Below, one piece after another: positions 1 through 11,866 of a stretch of DNA of 64,000 nucleotides. Source of the stretch: Antedon mediterranea (taxonomy: Eukaryota > Animalia > Echinodermata); assembly GCF_964355755.1 (NCBI RefSeq), contig NC_092673.1, forward strand, positions 26,347,648 to 26,411,647. Reading direction: 5' to 3'. Made by a program: the position numbers and the translations under genes. Under the pieces are notes generated by a model. It was not told the DNA's origin and searched no databases. It saw only the letters and a list, made by a program, of their open reading frames with translations. The stretch's first letter is position 1. The number at the start of each line of letters is the position of its first letter.

Positions 1-3000
1 TTGTAAACTTCTTTCTGCAGGTTTTACACTTATATGGGCTTTCTCCGGTATGTACCCGTAAATGTATTTTCAACAAAAATTCAAAACTAAACTTGATTCC
101 ACAATGTTCACACATAAAATGTTCTTCTCCTGATGTGTGTATTAACAAATGTTTTTTTAACTTTTTCTCATCTGTTAACTTTTTCTCACAATATTCGCAT
201 TCATATAACTTGTCTACTGTATGAAGAGTCAAATGTTTTTTAAAACTTCGCCGCTGAATATATTTCTGCCCGCAAAATTGGCATTCATATTTACCTAAAT
301 GCACTATTAAATGTTTGTTTAAATCGCACTTAGTTTTATATTTCAATCCACAATGTTCACAATCATGTAGCCCTTTTCTTGCGTGTTGTGATCGAAAATG
401 CCTTTTCAAACTTCTGATGTTTTTAAATCGCATTCTACATCGACTACATCTGTGAGATTTTATGCCGGTATGCATTCTTAAATGCGCTTTTAAGTGAATA
501 AAAAGTTTCAGCGTCTTTCCGCAATGTTCACACTGATAACGATACAATTCGTCACATCTATTGGACGAGTTGTCTTCATAATGTACCATTGATCCCGCCA
601 GTAAATTTTGTTTGTATTGACAAGAAAATCCGTCCATTTCATCTGTGTGTATCTTCATACCATTACTATCTGTATACTTTATCTCTTTACATATTTCATC
701 CTCATTGCATGTTCTCCAATTTGCTTCTAAACTTTTGATATTTATGTCTTTTTTATTAACTTCAGATTCACATTCTTCTTTCTCTCTTAACTGTGTTGTA
801 AATTCTGTATCATTAATTTCTTTATTTTGCTTTGGTTGTTTACTGTTACCTGGCAACAAATCTGATATTAAATTGTTTGTTGTGAGGTTTGGTTTCTGTC
901 CATGCTGATTAAATTGACATGAAAATTCATCTTTTTCATTTGTGTGTGTTTTCAAATCAGAGTTCATTAAACTATCGCAATTTATGGAATTCTCTCCAGA
1001 ATCTTCTTTCTGTTTTCCAGAGTGCATTTTCAAATCCTTACTATCTGTATTTTTTGTTTCTTCATTATTGCATGTTTTCCGATTTGTTTCCAAACTGTTG
1101 GTCTTTGTAATTTCTTTTTGTTTAGAATGACTTTCTTCTTTGTTTGCTAACTGTGTTGTAAATTGTTGTTTTCCTTCACCTGGCAACAAATCCGAGATTA
1201 AATTGCTAGTATTCGATGATGTTTGTTCATCAGTGTGTACTTTCAAATGTATTTTTAAATCGCTACTCTCCTTAAATATCTCCTTACAATGTTGACTTTC
1301 ATTTATTTTCTCTGTATTCGTCATCAAATGTATTTTTAAATCACTACTCTCCTCGGATATCTCATCAGAAAGTTGATGTTCCTTCAATTTCTCTGTATAT
1401 GCTGTTGAATTATCTTTTAAATCATTCATTTCTGTAAACACTTCATCACAATGTTCATGTTCTTTTAATTTCTCTGTATATGTTGTTAAATGCTCCGATT
1501 TTAAATCATCACTCTCTATAAATTCTTCGTCACAATGTTGACGTTCTTTCAATTTCTGTATTATAGTTGTTCCCAATTGTTGTTCACATTCCTCGTCCTC
1601 TGATGAACCTTCCTCTGCAAATTCCATAGATTGGTTTCTTTCTTTTTCTTTGTAATGTTCCTTTTTTAAATGTTTATTTAGTGCGCCTTTTAACTTGTAC
1701 TTATTCCCACATTCTTCACATTCATATGGCATATCTTCTTCTGTATGTGTTTTCAAATGCATTTTTAAATCCCTGCTGTCTAAGAATATCTCATCACAAT
1801 GTTGACATTCTGAGAATTCCTGTTCAAAATCTTCGCCCTCTGATGATGAACTTTCCTCTGAGAAATTCTCAGAATGCGACTCTACTCTCATGGATTTCTC
1901 CAATTCATTTTCTGTACAATGTTTCTTTCGGATGTGTCTATTTAGTGATCCTTTTAACTTATACTTATTTCCACATTCTTCGCATTCATGTGGCATATCT
2001 CCAATATGTATTTCCAAATGCTTCTTTAAATTACTGCTATCCTTCATCCTCTTGTTACAGTATTGGCATTGGAATGGCGACTCAGATGTATGAAGTTTCA
2101 AATGACTTCTCCAGCTGCTTCTTTGGTTAAATGTTTTCCCACAATGCCCACATTCGTATGGTTTCTCTCCCGTGTGTATTCTGAAATGTACTTTTAAAGT
2201 TGTACGATCTTGAAAACTTTTCCCGCAAAGTTCACATTGATGTGGCTTCTCTTTTGTGTGCGTCATCATATGTCGTTTGACATGACTACTTTGACTAAAC
2301 TTCTTACCGCATTCATTACATTCGTACGGCAACTCTTTTGTGTGAACTCTCAAATGTGCTGTCAAACCAGAAACCTGGCTAAATTTCTTCCCACAATATT
2401 CACACACAAAAGGTAACTCTCCATTATGCATTCTTAAATGCGTTTTTAATCCTCCGTTATCTGCAAATTTCTTTCCACAATGTTCACATTGATAGCGTTT
2501 TTCTGCGTTCGGTTTTCTCAATCTTTTATTCCTTTTAAATTTTGTAACATTCAGATTTTCTCCTGTATGTATTCTCATATGCATTTTCAAGCTATAACTA
2601 TGACTGAACGACTTGGCGCAGTATTCACACTCATGAGGTCTTTCATTTGTATGTTTCGATCTAAAGTGCTTCTTCATTGTGCTTTGCTCTCGGAATTTCT
2701 GTCCACAATCTTTACACTCATAAGGTTTCTCACCTGTGTGTATTCTTAAATGTATTTTTAGTGTATTACTGTAACTGAACATTTTCCCACAGTCATCGCA
2801 TTGATATGGTGTCTCTCCTGTATGTATCCTCATGTGTTTCTTCAGACTGCTACCATTTACAAAACTTTTTCCACAGTTTTCACATTCAAACCTTTTTTCC
2901 GTGTCTTGTTTTAACAGGTGTATTTTACTGATTTGACTTTTCGTTTCATCAGTTAGTTTCACATCATTTTTTTCCGTGTGTATTCTTGTATGTCTTTTCA

Positions 3001-3508
3001 AATTATAATTGTTACTGAACGTCTTAGCGCAATATTCACATTCGTAAGACTTTTTTTGTTTGTGTTTCGATCTCAAGTGCTTCTTCAATGTGCTTTGATC
3101 TTGGAATTTCTCTCCACAATTTTCACACTCATATGATTTACTTCCCTCACACCACTTTTTAATTTTTTCTTCGCATTGTTCACACTCATAAGGTATGTCT
3201 GTATATAAATACAGGTGCGAATTCAAAACATTGCTAGCTGGAGCAACTTTTCCACAATGAACGCATTCACACGTTTCTTCAGTTTGGTTATTCGCAATTA
3301 ATTCATGTTGCGTACTAGCTGTCTCACAATCTATACACTTCTGTCCTACATTATGATTGTTTTCCAAATGTGTATCAAATTTGACAAATTCTTTTCCACA
3401 CTCCTCACATTTCAATTCTATTTTCTCTACATTATATTCAGAAGAAAAAACTGTCACGTTGTTTTGAGATGTTATTGGATTGGCTAAGCTTAACGTTAAA
3501 TCATCCAT
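1..3508 (-). CDS. C2H2 (Kruppel-type) multi-zinc-finger protein, large exon, 3' end beyond window
   Basis: Reverse strand reads ATG at 3508 (MDDLTLSLANP...KCEECGKEF) after an acceptor ttttcag at 3529-3535. Repeated CxxC...HxxxH fingers with HTGE-type linkers (e.g. HTGESPYKCKTCRKKF at the window start, same frame as the ATG). It is absent from the ORF track, consistent with no stop inside the window (>1160 codons). Confidence 0.9.
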   Translation of the reverse strand, partial: MDDLTLSLANPITSQNNVTVFSSEYNVEKIELKCEECGKEFVKFDTHLENNHNVGQKCIDCETASTQHELIANNQTEETCECVHCGKVAPASNVLNSHLYLYTDIPYECEQCEEKIKKWCEGSKSYECENCGEKFQDQSTLKKHLRSKHKQKKSYECEYCAKTFSNNYNLKRHTRIHTEKNDVKLTDETKSQISKIHLLKQDTEKRFECENCGKSFVNGSSLKKHMRIHTGETPYQCDDCGKMFSYSNTLKIHLRIHTGEKPYECKDCGQKFREQSTMKKHFRSKHTNERPHECEYCAKSFSHSYSLKMHMRIHTGENLNVTKFKRNKRLRKPNAEKRYQCEHCGKKFADNGGLKTHLRMHNGELPFVCEYCGKKFSQVSGLTAHLRVHTKELPYECNECGKKFSQSSHVKRHMMTHTKEKPHQCELCGKSFQDRTTLKVHFRIHTGEKPYECGHCGKTFNQRSSWRSHLKLHTSESPFQCQYCNKRMKDSSNLKKHLEIHIGDMPHECEECGNKYKLKGSLNRHIRKKHCTENELEKSMRVESHSENFSEESSSSEGEDFEQEFSECQHCDEIFLDSRDLKMHLKTHTEEDMPYECEECGNKYKLKGALNKHLKKEHYKEKERNQSMEFAEEGSSEDEECEQQLGTTIIQKLKERQHCDEEFIESDDLKSEHLTTYTEKLKEHEHCDEVFTEMNDLKDNSTAYTEKLKEHQLSDEISEESSDLKIHLMTNTEKINESQHCKEIFKESSDLKIHLKVHTDEQTSSNTSNLISDLLPGEGKQQFTTQLANKEESHSKQKEITKTNSLETNRKTCNNEETKNTDSKDLKMHSGKQKEDSGENSINCDSLMNSDLKTHTNEKDEFSCQFNQHGQKPNLTTNNLISDLLPGNSKQPKQNKEINDTEFTTQLREKEECESEVNKKDINIKSLEANWRTCNEDEICKEIKYTDSNGMKIHTDEMDGFSCQYKQNLLAGSMVHYEDNSSNRCDELYRYQCEHCGKTLKLFIHLKAHLRMHTGIKSHRCSRCRMRFKNIRSLKRHFRSQHARKGLHDCEHCGLKYKTKCDLNKHLIVHLGKYECQFCGQKYIQRRSFKKHLTLHTVDKLYECEYCEKKLTDEKKLKKHLLIHTSGEEHFMCEHCGIKFSFEFLLKIHLRVHTGESPYKCKTCRKKFT

Positions 3509-4859
3509 ACGCAACCATTCTTCAAAACCTGAAAATTGAAAAATAATAAAAGTTCAACTTCTTTTTAAACAAACAATAGAAGTACCGTAAACAATGGTAC
3601 ACAGGTAGATAATAAGGATTGCATTCATAATTAATTTATGGTCAAACAAACTTAATTTTTAAGGGTTTTTTATTGGTTAAATAGGAGCATATTCAGTACA
3701 TTCTGGCGTATGTGCACAGCCGGCACCAATGGCAATACAGCACCAATGGCTTATTCAAAAGATTGCATTGTATATTACCATTTATGAACCAAATTCTGAG
3801 ATTGTGAATGTTACCCTTAATAATGTCCACTAGTAACTTTCACAGGCGATGAATATAAACAAAATTAATATAAAAATAATTATGGACAAATCAACGACCC
3901 ACATACTGCAAACAAGAAACCTGTCTCCCCTGTTTTCCGCGACTGTACAAGTGTCAAAACACAGCCTGGTGGACGTGATGGGTATAACCAAATATTTATT
4001 TTCTATTTTATAGTAGAAATTTTTATGGCAAATTACTGACCTTCTTCAACCTTAATTTGAACATCTTGTTCTGTGGAAATACTTGTTTCAGCGTTGTCAC
4101 ACATTCTGTAATGTTTTTTGTAATTTCTGAAACAATATTATTGATCAAATGTTGTGAAATAATATTTAAACCCAAATATTTGAATATTCTGTAGTTTAAA
4201 AAAAAAACAATTTTTAGGTCATTAATTGACAAATAACCTCCACCCACACCTGCACTCCCTCCCAGACAAAACAAAATTATGGTGCAGGGTCGACTATAGT
4301 ATAACTATGTAGCTCACTACGGCGCATCTGGTCTTGTGTATTTCGACTCCCATTTTCGCGCATAACAAGACTCAATGCGTGACCATTCAACAACATAGCT
4401 GGGATAAGAAGATGGTGCTGCTGTGCAGCGGGTGAATGTTTTTTTACAAGACAGGTGCGAAGTGCATTAGTGCCCTACTAGAGTGCTACTAGGCCTAGGC
4501 TAGATCTGGTCAGTGTTTTCTGGGCCCTTTTAATTAGACTAAGCTTAACCCCTACTAAATAGGCCAGACTAGGCTAGGCTATTATAGTAGTAGCCTCTAT
4601 ACCAACTGGTATGACGATCGGGCCCAACGCTGAAGACGATCGGGACCACGTTTTCTGGGCCCGATCGTCCGTGGTCCCAATCGTCTGTTCCCCGGCTAGA
4701 GCCTAGGCCTACTACTAGCTAGGCTAGGGGGCGCTAGGCCTAGGCCTATCTAGGCCTAGGCTAGGTTACGCCAGTTTAAGCATACTCATAGCGGGTACCC
4801 TCATAGCCTAAGAAAAGTCAAAAACACAGTAAAGTGTGTATATAAAAAGCCTGATTTAA

Positions 4860-5090
4860 TTTACGTACAAATATTGAGAACCAAATTACTCTAGGCTAAT
4901 ACAAATACAGTAGTAGGCTAGTAGGCTAGGCCGCTTCTCATCTAAAGGACACACGACGTAGGTGGAGCTGAGAGCGACGACCGGCGGACCACCACCAGAG
5001 TTCGAGAGTTTTCTAAAACATCTCACCGCCCTCTCTAGTTCATAAAACTTTATTTGTCATAGAGGAGGAGGAGGCAGCAGAAAAGGAAAA
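4860..5090 (-). promoter_or_regulatory. Probable promoter / non-coding first exon of the zinc-finger gene
   Basis: Locally GC/CpG-richer patch, a minus-strand donor-like gtacgtaa near 4867, and an adjacent TAGGCCTA-rich tract like those after the first exons at 11.9 and 41.2 kb. Confidence 0.35.
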
Positions 5091-5334
5091 ACTTTTTTTT
5101 TATAGATTAAATTAAACAAAGTTTTGTTGAGCTTGCAAATTGTCTTGAAATTTTGCAAAATGTCATAATCCAGTTATGTCCTTGGCCAATAGAACTTCAG
5201 TTGTTCAAACTGTTACAATGATTTAATTTTTAACATGCATGTATCTATGGATCTATAGGAAAGAGTTTCAAATTGTAAGTTGTCGGTCATATCTTTTTTT
5301 AATGATTTAATCGTAAATATGTTTTTATTTAATT

Positions 5335-6190
5335 TTTTATTATTATTATTTTTTCGATCGAACTTTTGATCAAAGTGCACTGTATGTGACATTAAAATGG
5401 CATATTCAACAAAAATATTCTAAAAATACAATATATTTTTAATCTGATAACATTCCATAAGTAAACATTCTAAAACTGCCTAAACGTAACAAATTCGTCT
5501 GACGAGCCCCAGGCACCAGGAGTTTGTCCCTGGGCCATGACGAAGCTCTAGATGCCATATGCCAAGTGGAGGAGTCTATCATGCAGTTCAGATCTTCCAG
5601 GTTGGTAACTATGTACTCGCAGCAAGTATTGTAGTATGTTTTTTTTTTTCTTTACGGTTGTTGCTGTTTTTGATTATTTTTTTAGTTTTTTTCAATAGAC
5701 AATATTACCATAGAGCATTAATTATAAAATGCATTTTTACTTTAGATAATAGATTTAATTGTGCAACAGATATGTTTCCAATAGGTTCATATTTCAAAAA
5801 AACATTTATTATTTAAGCGTTTTTTTTTGTTATTTCATGGAGTATTTAAAGACTTCTGAGCGGGAGCGGTACGACGTGAATTTGATTATAATCGCATGTG
5901 GTTTTGATTTTTGTTACTTCTAATTTTCTTTTACCTAGGCGATGGGTTCAATCAAGATTGCCTAGTTCAATACTGTCTATAATTGTAGAGGTAATTAAAT
6001 TAGTATCTTCTCTAGGTGATTTAGGCATACCATGCAAATGTAGGCAGTTTCGTCGACTATGTTCTAGGTCATCGAGGTGCGGTTTTCTGCTAGAAGATTT
6101 TGATGTTGCAGCGAATGTTATCAATATCGCCCGCAGTTGAATTGTCCAGGGTTACGCTGTTGTAAACAGAGTCCGAGTCTAAAATATGTT
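5335..6190 (+). repeat. Paralogous intron-1 block (copy 1 of 3) containing a decayed LINE ORF1 fragment on the minus strand
   Basis: Near-identical to 15810-16500 and 44475-45630 (caaagtgcactgtatgtgacat...gagtctaaaatat). The minus strand of copy 3 encodes HGMPES...LDRTHRLG...PRPIIIKF, typical of CR1/L2/L1-type ORF1. Confidence 0.85.
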
Positions 6191-6372
6191 TACTTTAAAG
6201 AAATTTTACTTTTTGTCTTTTCTAAGTATTTTCTCCCATTATTGACCCATTTTACCAGTATATTTTCACAGAAAATGTCTATATACAGCATTTACTGATT
6301 TAATTAAGAATGATGCCTGTTTAATTATAGTGGAAATATTGTTCTTGATGGTTTACATGCTAGATTTCAGGG

Positions 6373-8420
6373 GGATCCAGTCAAGTCGCCCCATCGCAAA
6401 GTCGCCCCATACAAAGTCGCCCAATACAAAGTCGCCCCATCGCAAAGTCGCCCCAAAACAAAGTCGCCCCGGCACCGCCCCGGCACAGTCGCCCCATCGC
6501 AAAGTCGCCCCATTACAAAGTCGCCCCATCGCAAATTCGCCCCATCGCAAAGTCGCCCCAACGCAAAGTCGCCCCATCGCAAAGTCGCCCACGGTTTTAA
6601 TCATATTGGTTGCGTTTGATATCGATTGCGTTGTTACTTTGGTCGCGCTAAATGTCGTATACAGTATAATGTTTATCCTATATACATAATTTGTGTTTTA
6701 ATTTTTATTTTACAGGTTTTAATGGAGTGATGTGCTTTTTAAAAATCATTAAAAAAATAGTCCCTTGTTTGAAAGTTCTAAAAAGATTATCCCTGATTTA
6801 TAGTTTCGAAAATGTTAATTTAATATGATTTTAAAATTAGTTACCAGAGCCACAATTACGAATCTTTCTTCAACCTACGCGTGGATACCAGCTAATTTTT
6901 TAGGATAAGCTAATTTTTTAGGATAATATAATAAATGTATAATGTGTAGTAGCCTAGGCCTTCGTATAGATTTACAGTAGTTAAAACAATAACAGTGTTG
7001 TAAGACAATGAGTGTTATAGGCTACTTATTGATCATTTTGCATTTATTGACAAGTTATATGTCTTAATTTTATAATGACTTTTCAAAATAAAGAAATAAA
7101 AAAAAAAAGGATTTCATCGCCGATATGATTGTTTTACATGCAGGTATTTTAGTAAAATTAAAACGCTACATTTTGACCATGGAAAAACCATCGTACAGTA
7201 TCGTGTGCGTGTTTTTTAAAAAGGGGAATCCCCGACGGTCAGCAGAAAGACGTAGCAGCTGTGAGGAAACAGATACCAGAAGGCGCAGCTCCGATTGGTT
7301 TCAGAGAATGTTTCAGATGGCGAGTCGCCTTTTATTCAACAGCACAATGATCATTTTACTGAAGAAATTCTTTTCAACCCCTTTGGTTAGGCCTAGAACA
7401 TTCTAATTATCATGCCTAATAAATATCCTCATATCGGGTATTTATTTAATTTTAAATTAAACAAGACAGTGAAGAGGCACGGAATAATACGTACACGGAC
7501 GTACGACGAATACACACACGCACGTCATCATTTACGACATATAGTGGTGATATGATGCAATTTTATAATGGATATAATGATGGGATTGCCTTTCCAGGCT
7601 TACAATCAATGTTCATTACGTAATACTATGTATATAATAGTAAACTGAATGTTTATAAATAAATTGTTTTACGTAATTTGTTGCATATAAAATAAAAGAC
7701 ACAGACGTAGCCTACGTTTCCTATAAAATATTTCACATTTAAATTATTATGTACTGTTAAATGACATTATGCTGGATAATATTATAATCTTAAACTATGT
7801 TTACAATTATTAATATAGGCCTAATAATAATAATACATATTCATCGACCAAAGTAAAAATAATCTAGATCGTATAACATTATTTTATCGCGACCAAATTT
7901 AAACGCGACCGATTTCGAACGCGACTGATATCATCGTAAAACTCCGGCGGGGTTTCCCCATCTTCAGATGGTGCGTTGCAGTACGACGACAACGGCGGAG
8001 TAATTACGGGGGTTTCCCTCTGGTAAGCTAGCACGTTAGTGCGACCGCGGAAGGATTAGTCGGGGGCTTCCTCTCTGATGATGGGGTGCGTGCCGATCGT
8101 GTGACCTGAGACTACATGGCGGGGCTTCCCCTTTTTATGCCTACACGTTCCGTGTTATTTTGTGTATGATTGCGACATTTTACGCACTTGTAAACTATTT
8201 TTTAACGTTTTGGGGCGACTTTGCGTTGGGGCGACTTTGTGATGGGGCGACTTTGCGATGGGGCGACTTTGCGTTGGGGCGACTTTGTGATGGGGCGACT
8301 TTGCGATGGGGCGACTGTGTCGGGGCGACTTTGTTTTGGGGCGACTTTGCGATGGGGCGACTGTGTAAGGGGCGACTTTGTATGGGGCGACTTTGCGATG
8401 GGGCGACTTGACTAGCATCC
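6373..8420. mobile_element. Non-autonomous Mutator/Foldback-like DNA transposon with inverted subterminal ~17-bp tandem repeats
   Basis: Arrays of (c)aaagtcgcccc at 6380-6590 and the reverse complement at 8210-8412. Ends GGATCCAGTCAAG / CTTGACTAGCATCC. 9-bp TSD ATTTCAGGG at 6364-6372 and 8421-8429. Confidence 0.9.
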
Positions 8421-9082
8421 ATTTCAGGGTGCTCGGTTCAAATCCTGTCAGATTTATCCTTAAATATGTTTGTGCTATAAGGTGCAACTACACCAAAACC
8501 TGAGAAAGCTTCTTAGGTTTCTATCCTGTTTGACAAGTCATGTATTTGCTGTTGGATGGATATCATACTGTCATTTCCATACAATGCTGTAAATGAAGAG
8601 TTTTGAGAATTCACTTTACTCATCAAAAAAGGCTTTAAAGATAAATGGAAACAAATTGCATTAGAAAGAATGGTCGATGTTGTATACATTCAATTCACTT
8701 CAGTTGGCGGGCACTTAAGGGTCATATAAGAATTATTTTTCATGCTAAAAGAAGAATAATGTTTGGAGTTTTTGGAAAGATGTTTCAAAATGGATATAAA
8801 CTGATAAACTGATAAAAATACTTTTATTGCAACTTTTGGGTTGAATTATACAAAAATATATACTTAGACTTAAATGAAAAAATATATCAAATCCATCAAC
8901 GATATAAATCAAAAAACACAAAAACATCGAACAACAGACAAAATGAAGTCAAGTCAGGGAACGAAGCGACTGTGCAGGGATATATAAGTATGCTTACCAC
9001 TTTTGAAAGAGACCAAAGTTTACAATAAAATTTTTTGATCGTTCCGTTTTTATTTTTGGAATGCAAAATTCTTTAACTTGTC

Positions 9083-9622
9083 TTAAATTGTATCTAGATT
9101 TAGGCGCTTTTGGAAGAAGGTGATGAAGTTAAGTCTATGGGAAGGGTTTTTAAGTTTCTGATAGTAATCCTTGCACAGTCTAGTTCGACGTTCACATAGC
9201 ACAGGCACATTACATTGAGCCATTGCTTTGTTGTAACTGAGCTTTGGGAACGTGATTCTATGCGCCCTTCGTTGGATACTTTCCAGTTGGTCAGACTGCA
9301 ATTTAGTTAAGCACGTTCCCCAAACGGGGACGGCGTATTCTAGTACAGGTCTGATAACACAACAATAGAAATAGCATAAGGCTTGGGCGTCTAGACCGGA
9401 CCGGCGCAATTGTTTAAGGAAATATAACCGTGAGTTTGATTTAGCTATCAAAGAATCAATATGGGGTTGCCATGATAAATTGTCACATACAATAATTCCA
9501 AGGAGCTTAGTACGGCAAACCTGGTTAACACTACATTTATTAATAATTAGAGGATTAAATATCGACTTGTTTTTCTTACAACTCACAATTAATTCACATG
9601 TTTTTTTAGCATTGAGGGTCAT
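9083..9622 (-). mobile_element. LINE (CR1/L2-like) reverse transcriptase C-terminal fragment
   Basis: LNAKKT...KLLGI...NLSWQPHI...RLYFLKQLRR...IRPVLEYAVPVW...LESIQRRA are hallmark RT thumb/C-terminal motifs. Confidence 0.85.
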
Positions 9623-9968
9623 ATGGTTAAGCCGAGTCCATGCAAGGGCCGAGTTAGGATATCAACTGAGAGTAAGACTCTGGAAGCCTGGAAATGACGA
9701 GGTAATTAATGATTAATGTAAAATAGTAATAGTTTGTAACAGTATATGATTTAAACAAGTTCCATAGAAAGATTTTACTGCATGATTGTAATTTTGATAG
9801 CAATTATAAACCAGATACTATAGGCATATTAATTAAGTAATAAAACTTTAAATCAAAAATAATATATCAACCATATTCAGTTTATAGCAATCAAAATTTT
9901 AACTATATAATTATGTTGTTTATACTTATTTTGTAATAATGGTAAAATGTTTTTCTTCATCCTTATAG

Positions 9969-10466
9969 ATTTCTCAAAGGCTGATTTTAGATAGTTAATC
10001 ACCGATTTTGCACAGATGAACGTGAACTATTTAACATGCTACAAATTCTATTTATAGAAAAGTTAGGTGGCATTGAAGCAGTGAAAAAGGCTAGCAGTTC
10101 AATCGACCTGTTAGCTCTTTTAACTAGGAATGGATTATTGAGTGAAACAAATCTGTCTGTCCTGTATGACACAATAAAGGTAACTGAACAATTTGGCTTT
10201 GATTCAGTCATTAAAGAGAAGCTTCCTGCTTTCAATAATATCAAGAAGCGTAAGGTAGCATCATTTTCACTACACACAAAAAAGGTTTTTAATATGGGAA
10301 AGAATCTTAGTGATCCAGAAATAAAAACTCTTGATGGACGATACAACTTCCCTGTCTTTAAGAAGTATGCTGACAGTACAGCTGGAGTTTGATTCTAGAT
10401 TTTCAACGTCGAGGGTTGCTGACTGAAGACAAAATCGAATCAGTTAGAAGCGTTTTAAGTTAAATG
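9969..10466 (+). pseudogene. Decayed tandem-DED exon (paralog of the tDED exons downstream)
   Basis: Acceptor ttatag at 9968. DED-like SSSIDLLALLTRNGLLSETNLSVLYD and second-DED start VASFSLHTKKVF. In-frame stop and frameshift near 9985-10010, and a frameshift near 10380 (the frame continues as WSLILDFQRRGLLTEDKI). Confidence 0.65.
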
Positions 10467-10533
10467 GTAAAACAAGTATGTTGTGGTATTTAACCTAATT
10501 GCAATCTACTGAATTTCCAAAGTTCAGTTAGGT

Positions 10534-10897
10534 TGTAAATGAAGTACAGTGGTTGTTACTGTGCATTTTCAGTCAATAGCATATATTTGTGTTAATCGGG
10601 GCAGGGGGTTTGTAAATGAAGTACAGTGGTTGTTACTGTGCATTTTCAGTGCAAAGGGCTTCTCTGCTATTCTCATATGTTTGTAAATTCCAGTTTAAAA
10701 TAAATAGTACTATAAATAAAATGGAGCACCTTGGTTTTCACTATGTATATTTTCAGAATGTAATATTATAAATGTGTATGAATACGAAATAAATACATAT
10801 TTTAATTACCATAGTCCTTTCTGTAGTATTTTTAATTATAAACAACATCTAACTTTGGGATTTATTTTTATTTTGTGTTACAGGGGTGGATTTCGGC
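10534..10897 (+). repeat. 3'-flank block with ~1.5 copies of the 76-bp minisatellite, paralogous to 63365-64000
   Basis: ttgtaaatgaagtacagtggttgttactgtgcattttcagt... followed by aaatacatatttt...accata...atttcggc, shared with the window end. Confidence 0.85.
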
Positions 10898-11679
10898 TGC
10901 AGTTCAGTTCAGCCGCCATAATAAAAACACATCCCTCTGGGTAAAAATAGTGAGTAAAGACGATTTTTAGCCACCCAAACCCTTGTACTCAATAAAGATG
11001 TAGTAAGTTGTGAATTTAAGAGTTCATAAACTGGTGGCCGAAATAATCGGATCCCGAATTATTTTAAACATCTTTCTGGCAACAAATTCTAGAAATGCCC
11101 ACAGTAGGCCTACTTATTTTTCTGTCAAAATACATGGATGATTGACATCTTAAAATGTTGTTGATTCTTTTTAAATAATAATTTTAATGATGCGAATCTA
11201 TTTCTGTATAAACTGATTTCATAAAAATTCAAGAAATTACTGAACAAGATAAACTGAATGAAGGAATAATGCCACAACCCAACTGTACAACGTTTTATGA
11301 AGGTACAAATAATATTAATGAAATGATTTCTGCGTTATCTTTGGTTATGTTTTGGCTGGATGGAAATTTTACTGCATAGTAGTTTGGGTCATGGGAGAGA
11401 AAGACCTTGTAATAGGCCTGTATAATTTACATTTACATGATTGTAAAATACAAAACAATACAGAAATTAAATCTATTGTAATGATGGATTGCCATTTTTA
11501 TATTACATATGTTATGAAATATTTTGAAACAAGGCTATGAATAATTAACGTTTCTACATTTTCGTTAAATAATTTTATTTAGTAAGAAGGCCTACAAAAC
11601 CTTAAAGGTAATATGATTTTGAATAACATTAATTATCCGGAAAACGTCACAGCTACAGAAGATACGATTGGGCAACATC

Positions 11680-11866
11680 AAGCAAGATATTTAATGACGT
11701 CATTCCAGAAAGGGGAATTCCCATTTCCAGGGCTCTTTTACTACGACGCTGAACTGGTACTGGGTACTTCATGCAGTGTATGGTAATGAGAACAAACGAG
11801 GAAAACAGGACCGCCGCCATGTTGATTCAACTTGTTCTTTTCCAATAAATTCCGAAAGGTTTTCAA
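11680..11866 (+). promoter_or_regulatory. Promoter and non-coding exon 1 of the ROCO gene: CRE + NF-kB site + YY1-like motif
   Basis: TGACGTCA 11695-11702, GGGGAATTCCC 11712-11722, CCGCCATGTT 11814-11823, donor gtatgt at 11867. The same arrangement recurs at 41071-41218. Confidence 0.7.

Noticed and set aside
645-3487. Ten short plus-strand ORFs
   Set aside because: Antisense shadows of the minus-strand zinc-finger exon.
6330-8487. Repetitive ORFs (QSRP/KSP/WGDF repeats) and a CRISPR-like look
   Set aside because: They are subterminal tandem repeats of a TSD-bounded MULE-like element; there are no unique spacers or cas genes and the context is eukaryotic.
11819-11848. ATG in exon 1 as the ROCO start codon
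   Set aside because: It closes after 9 codons (TAA) and is absent from the paralogous exon; it is better explained as part of the YY1-like motif or a short uORF.
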